Source of the DNA: a virus | Direction: 5' to 3' (one strand) | IMG/VR virus record: IMGVR_UViG_3300034358_000032 | Location: 5,581-69,580 of that record | DNA length: 64,000 nucleotides | In this document: positions 19,126 through 30,000 of the stretch, piece by piece | Layout of the letters: every line of letters begins with the position of its first letter | Position numbering within the stretch: position 1 is the first letter of the stretch | Notes under the pieces: generated by a model | Seen by the model: only the letters and a program-made list of their open reading frames with translations | Told to the model about the DNA's origin: nothing | Databases searched by the model: none | Made by a program: the position numbers and the translations under genes

Positions 19126-19608
19126 ATGAGCAGCCTTCGCGACCAGCTTTCGTCGCTGATGATCAGCGTCGATCCGCCTAGCCGTATGACCATCATCAAC
19201 CCCTACACACGCCAGCCCGTGCGGGGAAAGGACAACGAGGACACCGCTTGGGTGGAAGTCCTGTCCGAAAGCAGCGGCCCCGGCCGCGCCTTCCTCCGCG
19301 ACCAGACCGACCAGATCATGATGCGCAAGGGGCGCGTGGCCCGGTCCGAGGACCTCGAGGCGAACCTTTCCGACAAGGCCGCCCGGCTGACCGTGGGCTG
19401 GCATCTGCTCGGGCTGGATGGCGGTGCCCCGCTGCCCATTCCCTTCTCCCTCGGCAATGCCCGCGACCTCTATGCCATGCCGGAAATGGCCTGGCTGCGC
19501 GATCAGGTACTTGAGCATGCGGCCGACCTGGGAAACTGGCGCCAGACGAGCTTGACGACCTCGTCGCATACGCAGAGCACCAATTCCGTCTCGACAGAAT
19601 CGGCGTAG
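19126..19608 (+). CDS. Tail assembly chaperone (gpG-like)
   Basis: Lies between tube and TMP; contains slippery site G-GGA-AAC near its 3' end. Confidence 0.85.
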   Translation: MSSLRDQLSSLMISVDPPSRMTIINPYTRQPVRGKDNEDTAWVEVLSESSGPGRAFLRDQTDQIMMRKGRVARSEDLEANLSDKAARLTVGWHLLGLDGGAPLPIPFSLGNARDLYAMPEMAWLRDQVLEHAADLGNWRQTSLTTSSHTQSTNSVSTESA

Positions 19609-19934
19609 ACGGAACCTCCGAGCGCGATCACCTCGAAAGCGCACAGCGGCAACTTGGTAAGCCGCTGGACGCCCTGATCGGCCCGCCGCTACCGCCGATC
19701 TGCCGCCACCTCTGGCGCTGGTTCACTGAGCTATCAGTCGCCAGGGGCGGCAACGGCTTCGGCCCCAACCCCATCCGCTATGTCGATATCGCCGCATGGT
19801 CCGACACCATGGGCACGGTGATTCACCCCGGCGAGGTCCGCGTCCTGCTCCGGCTGGATCAGGTCTACCTCACCGCCGTGGCAGTGGCGCAGCCGAAGAA
19901 ACCCGCTCCCAAGCCTCCCGCTAAAGGGCGCTGA
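19530..19934 (+). CDS. Tail assembly chaperone -1 frameshift extension (gpGT-like); absent from the ORF track
   Basis: G GGA AAC at 19530-19536; the -1 frame stays open to TGA 19932-19934 and encodes HLWRWFTELSVARGGNGFGPNPI. Confidence 0.85.
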   Translation, partial: GKLAPDELDDLVAYAEHQFRLDRIGVDGTSERDHLESAQRQLGKPLDALIGPPLPPICRHLWRWFTELSVARGGNGFGPNPIRYVDIAAWSDTMGTVIHPGEVRVLLRLDQVYLTAVAVAQPKKPAPKPPAKGR

Positions 19935-19949
19935 AAAGGCAAACTCACC

Positions 19950-22900
19950 GTGGCACTATCGGTCGAACAGCAAACCATCATCACCGCGACGATGAATGCG
20001 TCTGGCTACGTCACCCCGGCGCAGAAGGTGGCAGCGGCGAATAAGGAGATGGCGGCCAGCGGCGAGGTCGCCGTCTCCACCACGGCCAAGCTGACGAAAG
20101 CACTGCTCGAAGGCCGCAATGCCTACGAGCGATTCGCCCTTCAGTTGGATACTTCCATCCGGGCGGCGAACTCCTATGACGCCGTCATCAACCGCATGGC
20201 CAAGAGCCACCAGAACGGATGGTCGACACTCAGCCAGGTCAACGCCGTCCTCGGCGTAGCGGCTGAGAAATACGCCCAGGTCACGGCCGCATCCTCCCGC
20301 ACCATCGAGCAGCTCACCACCCTCTCAGCGGCCAACAGCGCCCGCGCCGCGCAGCAGGCCCGCGCGATGGACGCCACGGCCAGGGAGATTGCCCTCCTGC
20401 AGAACTATGGCGCGTCGCTGGATAAGGTCCGCGCCTCCTACAATCCGCTGTTCGCGGCCGCGCAGCAGTTCACCCTGGCCCTCGCCCGGGTAGATGACGC
20501 GCAGCAGAAGCAGGCGATCACCGCGCGAGAAGCCGGGCTTGCCCGCGATCGGGAGACGGCCGCCTACCGCGCCGCCATCGCTGCCCATCGCGAGTATGCC
20601 GCATCGCTTGGCGGCACTATCGGGGCAAAGACGCTCTCCGGGATTGACGACTTCGAAGCGGCAGGTCTCGACGCTTCCAAGATCAAACTGATGCGGAGTG
20701 AGTTCGCCAAGGGCATGGCCCCGCCGAAGCCTCCGCTCGAGGACCTCGATGCACTGAAGGCCCGCTACGACCGGCTGACCGATGCATCCAACCGATATCT
20801 CAAGGCACTTAGCGATATCGACAAGCTGGCGCAGGCCGGGCTGGTCAATCCGTCGCAAGCCAAGATGATGCGCGAACGGGCGGGCGAGGATCACCCGCTA
20901 TCCCCCAAGAACACCGCCAAGGCCGATGACGACCTCGAAGGCCTGAAGCGGAAGTGGGACAGCCTCTATGCGGCGTCCATGCGCTATGCCGAGGCCGTCG
21001 AGGATATAGACAGGCTGCAAGCCAGAGGGGCGGTATCCCCGGCTCGCGCTCAATTCCTGAAGGACCAGGCGGCGCAGGAGCATCTCGCGCCCGGCAAGAT
21101 GGCGGTCGAAAAGGAAAAGACCGAGGACCTCGACAAGCTGCGGATGCAATACGACAGCATCTACGCCGCATCCAAGCGGTACGAGCGGGCGCTTGCCGAT
21201 ATCGAAAAGCTGGAATCCTCCGGCACCGTCAAGGCCGCGACAGCCGAGCGGCTGCGGGAGGCCGCGGCGACGGATCACTTGACTGAAACCACCAAGCGCG
21301 CGGGCAAGGAAGCCGATAAGACCCGGTATCTGACCGGCGGCGCGATCCGCGAAATGCTCGTCCTCGGCCATGAGTCGCTGTTCGGCTACTACTCCCGAAT
21401 CCCCGGCTCGCTCTGGGTGCTGATGGAACGCTTCGGCGCCATGGAAAAGATCATGGGCCACGCCAAGCAATGGCTGGTCACTCCGTTCGCCATGGCCACC
21501 GTCGCGATCACCGCGACCGTCGCCGCAATGGCGCTGCTGGGCTATTACGCCGAGGTCAACGAGCGCCGTCTCAACACTCTCCGCGATCGGCTGTCAGGCA
21601 TCCGCACCGATTCCACTGCGATGGCATCGGCGGTTGATTCGTCCGCCCGTTCGATGGCCCGCGATCTGCCCGGCGTCTATCGGGACGACGCCCTGGCCGC
21701 CGCACAGTCGTTTGCTCAGCAGCCGAACTTCCATGGGGGCGCGAAGCAGCTTGCTACCCTCGGGGCGCTCACGCTGCAATTGTCCCGCGCGCTCGGCGAG
21801 GACTTCACTGAAGCCGCCAAGAAGATGGCCGAGAGCTTCAGCGATCCGGTCAAGGCAACGCAGGATATGATCGGCCACCTGCGCGGGTTCGATCAGGCCC
21901 TGGTCGATACCGTCAAGGCGGAGGAGGCGTTGCACGGCAAGGACGCGGCAACCGTCATGTTCCTCAATGCGGTTCGGCAGGCGGCTGACCAGGCCGGGCC
22001 GACGCTGACGCGACTGCAAACGGCGCTGCATGACCTCTATGTCGAGTTCAAGGGCACCAAGGATAGAGGGGTGGACTTTGCTCACGCCCTCGGCGGCCTG
22101 GTGGATGCCGGCGCCGCGGTTGCGATCGAAACCCTGACCGGCCTGCTCCGCGATACGCGCGAGATGTATAACCTGATCAAAGGCCTCGTTCCCGGGCTGC
22201 CGAACATCGGCTCGGGACCGTCTTTCAGCGATGCCCTCCGGCTGGCGATCAATCCGCTCGGCACAGTGATCGGCGGGATCCGCACCGCACAGCCGAATGT
22301 CGCGACCGGCGATCCCGGCGGGATACCGGTGTATGGACCCAACGTGCACCACCAGGTGCATGGCCAGATGGTCGACGAAAGGGCCGTCGGCGCGTTTCAG
22401 GTCCTGCCGAGCACGGCGGCCGGCATGGGCATGTCGGAGACTGACATCGCCACGATTGGCGGCAACGTCACCGCCGGGATCAACGACCTCGTGCAGAAGT
22501 TCGTCCGGGCGGGCGGTAACCTCTCCCCGCAGCCAGGCATGGATCAGTCTGCCGCGCTCTTTCAGGCGATCAAGGGATACTCCGGCAATTCGACGGACGC
22601 AGGCGCCGCCGGCTATCTGGCCAAGGTCAAGGCCGCCAGCCCCGACGCGGTAGACCCCGCCGTCAAGGCCGCGATCGACGCCGCCCTGGCCACGCGCCAG
22701 CTTCCCCCGGAACTCGAAGGCCTCATCCGTCGCATCCCCATGGTTGAGTCGAGAGGCGGGCGGCAATACCAGAACCCCGGCGCGGGGATGGTAGGCCCCG
22801 AGGCCGGGCCCGGCCGGACCGGCAGCAGCACCGGCAGCGCCGGGCTCAACGCCAATGACCTCGGCACCGGCTATGACAGCGACCAGCGGCAGCAGGACGC

Positions 22901-24617
22901 CGCCGCAGCCCGGGAGACCATGGGCCTGCTGACCCGCCAGCGGCAGGCGAACCTCGAGGCTCAGCAGAAGCAGGAAGCGGCGATGAAGGACGCCGCGGGC
23001 TCGATCTTCGATCCGGCGAAACCGAACTCCGCCAAGCAATACGCCGAGGCATACGAGGCGCTTCAGAAGCTCCGCGGCGAGATGACGAACCTGATCACCG
23101 CGCAGGAAATGCTCGCGCGCTCCGCGACCGACGCAACCCACCAGCTATCCGCCGAGGCAGGCGCAGCACGCGAGATGGCCGCCGTGCGCCAGCAGTTCGA
23201 GGAAGCCAGCCGAGCCTCCGGACAGCCGATCGATCAGGTGGCGTTGCAAGCCGCTCTGGCCGCCAAGCAAATGGAGCTGACGACCGCAGCGAACGACGCC
23301 ACCGCAGCCATGAATCGCCAGAGCGACGGCGAGGCGCGGCTGATTGCGCTGCATGAGGCCGGCGGCGCGACATTGGAGCACGCGATCAACCGCGAGCACG
23401 CCCTGATCGAAGCCCGCAAGACGGCAGAGCCGGGCACCGCCGAATACAGGCGTCAGGTGGACGCGATCACCGCCGCACTCGACCGCCAAGGCCGGATCAA
23501 GCGCGACATCGCCGCGGCCGAGGACATTCGTCGGCTGCGCGAGGAAATCCAGTTCATCAGCGAGGAAACCCGCCTCCTGACGGCCTCGGTCGAAGTCCGC
23601 ACCCGCGAACTCGCCATTCTTCGGGCACGCCAGTCGCTTCACCTGGCCCCCGGCCAGAAGCCGACCGGCGAGGAACAGAAGAAACTCGACCTTGCCGGGC
23701 AGGAAGCAGACCGCCAGACCCAGCTTATGAAGACCGAGGACAGCCTTAACGAACTGGAAAGCTCGACCAGCCGGATCGCGGACACCATCGGCAACGGCCT
23801 ACAGGAAGCCTTCCACAAAGGCCGCGATGGCGCGCAGTCGCTAAAGGACACGGCGGTCACCGTCCTCAAGGAGATCGAGGCCCAACTCATCAAATTGGCG
23901 ATCATCAACCCGATCATGAACGCCCTGTTTCCCCAAAATCACCGCCAGACGATCGGCGACATGGGGGATGCGATCTCCCGTCAGTGGGGCGGCGGCAAGG
24001 ATGCCTGGTCCTCCCCGGGAGGCGGCAACGGCTCCGGCAACGGATCCAACGACAATGGCTCTAATGGCTCCAACGGCTCCGGCTCGAACAGCAGCAGCAT
24101 ATTCGGCGGCGCCGGACTGCTCGGCAACCTCATCAACAAGGTCGGCGGCGCCGGGTTCTATCAAGGCGGCGGCTTGATCGGAAAGCTGTTCGGCGGAGGA
24201 AGCAGCGCCGCCAGCAGCATGGTCGATACCGGGACGTGGGACTTGGGCAGCGCCGCCAGCGGCGCGATCGGCGGCAGCTTCGCCATGCACAGCGGCGGCC
24301 TGGTCGGCACGGATGGCTCCCCGAGATCCGTCCCGGCCTACCTGTTCGCCGGAGCCCCGCGCTACCACAGCGGTCTCAACAACGACGAGTTCGCCACCAT
24401 TCTGCAACGGGGCGAGCGCGTGCTGACCGCCAATCAGAACAACCAGGCGACCGGCCAGCTAAGGGCGGCGGCGAGCGGCGGGGGTGGCGGCACCGTCAAC
24501 CACCACTGGAATATCACGACGCCGGACGCCGACTCCTTCCGGTCCTCACGCCCGCAGCTCACCGCGAAGTTCGCTGCCGCGATGGGCCGCACCAACGCGC
24601 GGAACTCCATGACATGA
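19950..24617 (+). CDS. Tail tape measure protein with an embedded lytic transglycosylase-like region
   Basis: 1555 aa Ala-rich helical protein; C-terminal HSGGLVG...APRYHSG...ILQRGERVL; internal ~63 aa repeats. Confidence 0.92.
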   Translation: MALSVEQQTIITATMNASGYVTPAQKVAAANKEMAASGEVAVSTTAKLTKALLEGRNAYERFALQLDTSIRAANSYDAVINRMAKSHQNGWSTLSQVNAVLGVAAEKYAQVTAASSRTIEQLTTLSAANSARAAQQARAMDATAREIALLQNYGASLDKVRASYNPLFAAAQQFTLALARVDDAQQKQAITAREAGLARDRETAAYRAAIAAHREYAASLGGTIGAKTLSGIDDFEAAGLDASKIKLMRSEFAKGMAPPKPPLEDLDALKARYDRLTDASNRYLKALSDIDKLAQAGLVNPSQAKMMRERAGEDHPLSPKNTAKADDDLEGLKRKWDSLYAASMRYAEAVEDIDRLQARGAVSPARAQFLKDQAAQEHLAPGKMAVEKEKTEDLDKLRMQYDSIYAASKRYERALADIEKLESSGTVKAATAERLREAAATDHLTETTKRAGKEADKTRYLTGGAIREMLVLGHESLFGYYSRIPGSLWVLMERFGAMEKIMGHAKQWLVTPFAMATVAITATVAAMALLGYYAEVNERRLNTLRDRLSGIRTDSTAMASAVDSSARSMARDLPGVYRDDALAAAQSFAQQPNFHGGAKQLATLGALTLQLSRALGEDFTEAAKKMAESFSDPVKATQDMIGHLRGFDQALVDTVKAEEALHGKDAATVMFLNAVRQAADQAGPTLTRLQTALHDLYVEFKGTKDRGVDFAHALGGLVDAGAAVAIETLTGLLRDTREMYNLIKGLVPGLPNIGSGPSFSDALRLAINPLGTVIGGIRTAQPNVATGDPGGIPVYGPNVHHQVHGQMVDERAVGAFQVLPSTAAGMGMSETDIATIGGNVTAGINDLVQKFVRAGGNLSPQPGMDQSAALFQAIKGYSGNSTDAGAAGYLAKVKAASPDAVDPAVKAAIDAALATRQLPPELEGLIRRIPMVESRGGRQYQNPGAGMVGPEAGPGRTGSSTGSAGLNANDLGTGYDSDQRQQDAAAARETMGLLTRQRQANLEAQQKQEAAMKDAAGSIFDPAKPNSAKQYAEAYEALQKLRGEMTNLITAQEMLARSATDATHQLSAEAGAAREMAAVRQQFEEASRASGQPIDQVALQAALAAKQMELTTAANDATAAMNRQSDGEARLIALHEAGGATLEHAINREHALIEARKTAEPGTAEYRRQVDAITAALDRQGRIKRDIAAAEDIRRLREEIQFISEETRLLTASVEVRTRELAILRARQSLHLAPGQKPTGEEQKKLDLAGQEADRQTQLMKTEDSLNELESSTSRIADTIGNGLQEAFHKGRDGAQSLKDTAVTVLKEIEAQLIKLAIINPIMNALFPQNHRQTIGDMGDAISRQWGGGKDAWSSPGGGNGSGNGSNDNGSNGSNGSGSNSSSIFGGAGLLGNLINKVGGAGFYQGGGLIGKLFGGGSSAASSMVDTGTWDLGSAASGAIGGSFAMHSGGLVGTDGSPRSVPAYLFAGAPRYHSGLNNDEFATILQRGERVLTANQNNQATGQLRAAASGGGGGTVNHHWNITTPDADSFRSSRPQLTAKFAAAMGRTNARNSMT

Positions 24618-25255
24618 CCACGTTTGCAGAAATCCAGTTCCCCCCTGATATCTCCCAGGGGGCAACCGGCGGGCCGAAGTTCAGCACCTCCATCATCGTC
24701 CTTTCCAGCGGCGCCGAGCAGCGCAACCGGAACTGGACGACGGCGCGGGGCGAATGGGATGTCTCCAAGGCGCTGCAAACCCAGGCCCAGGTTGAAGCCC
24801 TCATCGACTTCTTCACCGCCCGCGCCGGCCGGGCGGTCGCGTTCCGCTTCAAGGACTGGACGGACTATCAGTTGCCGCGATGGATCAACACCCCCGGCGA
24901 TCTGGTGGCCCTGCCGACGCTGTTCACGACCGACGGCCACACCGCGACGTTCCAACTGATCAAGGTCTATGGCGACATCATCGCGACCTATTCCCGCGTG
25001 ATCACCAAGCCGGTCGCGGGAACCCTGGTGCTCTACAATAACGGGGTGGTCACATACGATTTCACGGTCAACACCGCGACCGGGGTTGTCACCCTCGGCG
25101 GCACCACGACCGCCACGACAGGCCATGTCATCACCGGCCACTGCGAGTTCGATACCCCGGTCAGGTTTGACGTGGACGAGCTCAAGATCACCATCGACAC
25201 CCTCGACATCCTGAAGTGGAACGCGATCCCGGTTGTTGAGGTGCGTGATGTCTAA
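24614..25255 (+). CDS. Distal tail protein, DUF2460 / GTA-type
   Basis: FPPDISQGATGGPKFST...SGAEQRN.NW, FRFKDWTD and EFDTPVRFD motifs. Confidence 0.92.
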   Translation: MTTFAEIQFPPDISQGATGGPKFSTSIIVLSSGAEQRNRNWTTARGEWDVSKALQTQAQVEALIDFFTARAGRAVAFRFKDWTDYQLPRWINTPGDLVALPTLFTTDGHTATFQLIKVYGDIIATYSRVITKPVAGTLVLYNNGVVTYDFTVNTATGVVTLGGTTTATTGHVITGHCEFDTPVRFDVDELKITIDTLDILKWNAIPVVEVRDV

Positions 25256-26594
25256 GGCGATCTCCACGGCGCTGAAGACGCACCTGGCCGGCGCGGTCAC
25301 CACGCTCGCTACCTGCTGGCAGATCATCCGGCTCGACGGCGCGGTGTTCTCGTTCACCTCCTGTGACCGGGACCTCGTCATCGAGGGCACCACCTATTCG
25401 TCGATCATCGGCTTTTCCCGCACCGCCATCATCTCCGGCTCAACCGGACAGGTCGATAATCTGGAAGTCATCGGCATGTTTGCCGAGGGCGGCGTCACCG
25501 AACAGGACATGAAAAACGGCTTGTTCTATTGGGCGACGATCTACGTTTTCATCGTCAATTGGGCCGACCTCACCCAAGGCATCCTGCGCATGCGCCGGGG
25601 CTGGCTGGGCGAGACCACCCGCCTGCCCAATGGCACGTTCAAGGCCGAGCTGCGCGGGCTCACCCAGGCCTTGGTGCAGGAGACCGGCAACGTGATCTCA
25701 CCGCTCTGCCGCGCTGATCTCGGCGACCGGAAGTGCCAGGTCCCGATCCTTCCCGGCTCGTGGACGGCCACCACCCCCAAGGCCGCCGGAGACTGGATCT
25801 CCCCGGCCGTCAAATCGACGTCGGCGCTGAAGGTCGCAATCTTCGAGTGCACGTCCATCGGCACGACCGGCACCACTGAGCCGTCCTGGAACACGGCGAT
25901 TGACGCCACCACCAGCGACGGCACCGCGGTCTGGACATCGCGGGCGCCGATGCGGCTCATCGGCACCGTCGGCACGCCGATCTCCCGGCACCAATTCACC
26001 TGTTCCCCTGCTCTGGTTTACCCGGCGGGCCAACTCGGCACCGAGGCGGCGATCGACGTCCACAACAACGTCTCGGGCGGCACCGCGCTTGAGGTCAGCG
26101 ACGGCGTCAACACGGCCAACGCGATATGGCTGTTCGACGTGTCGGGAAGCCTGGCCGCGATGCAGCTTGTCGATCAGATCATTGCCGCCGGGCTCAACAT
26201 GACCGTGGTCAACGATTCCGGCAGGATCACGCTGACGAACCACACCGGCAAGCAGGGCCACATCAGCAAGACCGGCGATATCGCTGACCCGCCCGCCTTC
26301 CTCATCAACGACTTTGCGCCGTTCTATCTCGACCAGGGGACAATTGTCTGGATCACGGGCTACAATGCCGGGGTCGCCTGCGAGTTGAAAACCTATGACA
26401 TCAACACGACCTCGGTCGTCTTGTGGCTCGGGATGCTGTTCCCGATCACGGCCGGCGACACGTTTTTCTACTATCCCGGCTGCGACAAGAAGCGCGAGAC
26501 GTGCCTGCAAAAATTTAACAACATGCTGAACTTCCGCGCCGAGCCCGACGTGCCGGGCCTGGATCGCATGCTCGGCTATCCGGACGCGACATAG
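25248..26594 (+). CDS. Baseplate hub protein, DUF2163 / GTA-type, with an internal insertion
   Basis: TTLATCW...DG...FTSCDRDL, CRADLGDRKC and GCDK...C..KFNN..NFR motifs. Confidence 0.9.
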   Translation: MSKAISTALKTHLAGAVTTLATCWQIIRLDGAVFSFTSCDRDLVIEGTTYSSIIGFSRTAIISGSTGQVDNLEVIGMFAEGGVTEQDMKNGLFYWATIYVFIVNWADLTQGILRMRRGWLGETTRLPNGTFKAELRGLTQALVQETGNVISPLCRADLGDRKCQVPILPGSWTATTPKAAGDWISPAVKSTSALKVAIFECTSIGTTGTTEPSWNTAIDATTSDGTAVWTSRAPMRLIGTVGTPISRHQFTCSPALVYPAGQLGTEAAIDVHNNVSGGTALEVSDGVNTANAIWLFDVSGSLAAMQLVDQIIAAGLNMTVVNDSGRITLTNHTGKQGHISKTGDIADPPAFLINDFAPFYLDQGTIVWITGYNAGVACELKTYDINTTSVVLWLGMLFPITAGDTFFYYPGCDKKRETCLQKFNNMLNFRAEPDVPGLDRMLGYPDAT

Positions 26595-27025
26595 TGCTCA
26601 GACAAGAGGTGGTAGCCGAGGCCCGAAGCTGGCTCGGCGTGTCCTATCGCCAAAAGGGGCGCACCGGTAACGGTCTCGACTGCATAGGCCTTATCGTCGT
26701 CGTGGGTCAGACCCTCGGCGTGGAGCATATCGACGAGCAGCACTACACCGACTGGCCGGACCCTGAGCGGCGCATGATCTACACCCTGGACCGCTACTTG
26801 AACCGAACGTCTGCCGACGAGCCGTGGGACGGCACCATCGGCGTGTTCGCGCAGAACGGCTTGCCCGGGCACCTTGGTTTCTTCACCACCAAGCACGGCG
26901 TGCGTCACCTGGTGCATGCAGCCATGGCTCATCGCCGGGTGCTGGAGGAACCGTACGACAACGATCCCGTCACGCGCAAATACCGGCTGATCGTTCGGTA
27001 TCGCTTCCCCGGCTTGGAGGGTTAG
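26594..27025 (+). CDS. NlpC/P60 tail-tip peptidase
   Basis: ARSWLGVSYRQKGR...GLDCIGL catalytic Cys; HLG and HA His motifs; GTA-like position. Confidence 0.9.
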   Translation: MLRQEVVAEARSWLGVSYRQKGRTGNGLDCIGLIVVVGQTLGVEHIDEQHYTDWPDPERRMIYTLDRYLNRTSADEPWDGTIGVFAQNGLPGHLGFFTTKHGVRHLVHAAMAHRRVLEEPYDNDPVTRKYRLIVRYRFPGLEG

Positions 27026-30000
27026 ATGGGTCAGCAGATAGGGCCGATGATCTTCCAGATGGGCGGCACGCTCGTCGGAAGCTATCTCGGCGGGCCCATC
27101 GGCGGCGCGATCGGCGGCATGATCGGCGGCATCGTGGGCGGGCTATTGTTCCGCGCGAAAAAGCCGCTCATCACCGATACGCAGAGCATGAACAGCACGT
27201 ATGGCAATCCCATACCTCTGCTCTACGGGACCGCAAGGCTGCCGGGCGTCATGATCTGGCAGACCAAGATCCAGCGCAGCGGCGGCACCGGCAAAGGCAT
27301 GCCCGGCCCTCCGTCCTCCCACCAGTCCGCCGCCCTGGCGTTCTGCGAGGGACCGGCCCGATGCGTGAAAATCTATCTGGACGGCAAGCTGTTCTGGGAT
27401 TCGACTTCTCCCACGCCGCACGAGCTGACCAAGCACACGTTCATGATCCGCGGCTACGAGGGGACTGAAGACCAGCTTCCCGACTATCAGATCGCGGTGT
27501 GGTGCGCTGACTTCGTGGACGTCGGGATCATGGGCACGCCGGCCTATCGCGGCCTCGCCTACTTCGTCATGGACCGCATCAACCTCGAGTACTATGGGGG
27601 GCGCTTCCCCCAGGTGACGGCCGTCTATACGTCCAACGGCGAGTCCACTACGTTCTTTCACCCCACCATTCCGTTCACCCCCGATGTCACCGGCAGCACT
27701 AACCCGATGGGCGGCGGCATGGGGGTCGCGGTCGATTGGACCCGCGGCGTCGTCTATCAGCTTTCCTCAGACGAATCGCTGCGCGCCTACAGCACCACCA
27801 CGTATCAATGCCTGCTCGCCAAGCCGGTGACCGAACTGCTCAACAGCGGCGCCACCCTGATAGCCGATCCCGACTATGCCGTGCCGCTGCATGGCGTGGT
27901 CTGCGGCAGCGGCGGCAACGTCTTCGTTTGGGGCCGCAAGGAAACCGGGCCGTTCTCATCGCAGAGCACGATCTACGAGTTGGACCCCAACACGTTCGAG
28001 GTCCTCAAGGTGATGTCGATCCCCTGCGACGGGGAAATCTGGTCCGTCGTATGTTGGACGACACCCATTACGCAGGCCGGCGGCACCGGGGACATGCTGG
28101 CCTGCTCGCTCTACAACGGCAGTGGCGACGTCTACGCCTGCATTGTGGTGCCGTCGTTCTACATGGACCCGGCCACGGTGCCGCAGGCGAAACCGACATG
28201 GTTCGTCCATCTTCCCGGCCAATACGGCAGCGGGACCAGCTCACTCCGCTACACGACATTCGGCATCGGCACGCCCGATCCGATCACCGCAACAACCACG
28301 CTCTACACGCTCAACACCGGCTGGATCGCCGGGTTTGATAATGCCCCGCAATACTTTTCCTCGTTCTCCGTCGCCGGGGCGACCATCACCCCCAACTTCG
28401 GCCCCGTGCAGATCAAGGCGGAAACCTTTGGCCTGGCGCCGCCGACGAGCGGCGGATTCACCGCACCCATGCGGATGATCGTGGATCCGGCCGATGGCAA
28501 CGTGGTCTTTTTCGAGGTGCCCTGGTTCCCGGGAACGCAGCAGCCGGTCACCGTCAAGATCGTCCCCGACAGCCAGACCGTCGTCTGGACCGCACGCAAT
28601 TCCCCGAACCTGAGTGCGTTGACAGGCGACCTCGTGAACACCGAGGCCGGGGCCGGGACCTTCGCCGGGTTCAACAATACCGGGGCGGGGTTCCCGGTCC
28701 TCAACCTCGAAACCGGAACCTTCTCCTACAGCCCGATCTCGATAGAGGACGCCGGCATCTACTGCTCGGGCGGCTACGGCGCGATCGGCGCGCGGTCCTG
28801 CTCGGCCGTGGGCGCGATGATCTACTCGAACGGCGGCGCACCGATCATCGTCAAGCTGAAGGGGGTCACCATCAGCGGCGTCTCCGTGGCGTCAATCCTG
28901 CTGGATTTGTGCAATCGGGTCGGGGTCACCGCCGACATGGTCGATGTGTCCCTCGTGACCCAGACGATCGATGGCTATGTGGTGCGCGACAACAAAGCGG
29001 CCGGCTCAGCGATAGCGGAAATCTGCAACATCTTCCTCATCGACATGGTGGAGACCGACTACGTCCTGAAGTTCGTCCCGCGCGGCAGGCCGTCCGTCGC
29101 GACCATCACTCAGGATCACCTCGCCTCCATCGACGGCACCGATCCAAGCCATTTCTGGATGGCGGTCGAGGCGCAGGAGCAGGAAATGCCTCTGCAGATC
29201 AATCTGAAGTATCTCGATCCGGCGCTCGACTATCAGCCGGGCTCGGCCTACTTCCGCCGGACGGCGCTGCCGGTTCCGACCGTCTGGTCCAAGCGCAAGC
29301 TCACCATGGACATCCCGGCGATCGTCAACAACCAGGTTGCGACCGGGCTCGCCGCGGCGATGCTCTACTCCACCTGGGCCGCGCGCGAGACCTATGACAC
29401 CTCGCTCGGGCCGCAATATCTCTGGCTCGATCCGACCGACAACATCACGGTCAATCTCGATAACGGCGACAGCTACACCGTTCGCATCGAGAGCATTGAG
29501 ACCGGCGCCGACCTGACGCTGAAGCTGCACACCGCCGGCGAAGACATCACCGTCTACGAGCCGATCACCGCCACAGGGGTTACCTATGGCAACGGCGGAC
29601 AGGTCATCACCCCCTCGGGCTTCGCCACGCTGCTGCCGCTGAACCTGCCGCTTCTGCAAGACAGCGATGCCGCCGCGCCCGGAGCCAGCCGCATCTACTA
29701 CGCCGCCCTGGCCTCGCTCGCGGGCTGGAACGGGGGGAACGTCGACAAGTCCACCGACGGCGTCAACTGGAACGAAATCGGCACCCTGGCCTCCGGTTCC
29801 AACTATGGAACGGCCGTGACCGCGCTGCCCGATGTCGTGGCGAAGTTCGCAACCGATCGCGTGAACAGCGTCCGGGTCAGCTTCGCTCCGGGAAGCTCGC
29901 TGCCGCACTCCTGCGCCTACTCCGAACTGATGAACGGAGCCAACGCCGCCGTAATCGGGCAGGAAGTGATCCAGTTCCAGACCGTCGTGGACAACGCCGA

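Noticed and set aside
21594-23141. 515 aa minus-strand ORF within the tape measure gene
   Set aside because: Antisense shadow caused by codon bias.
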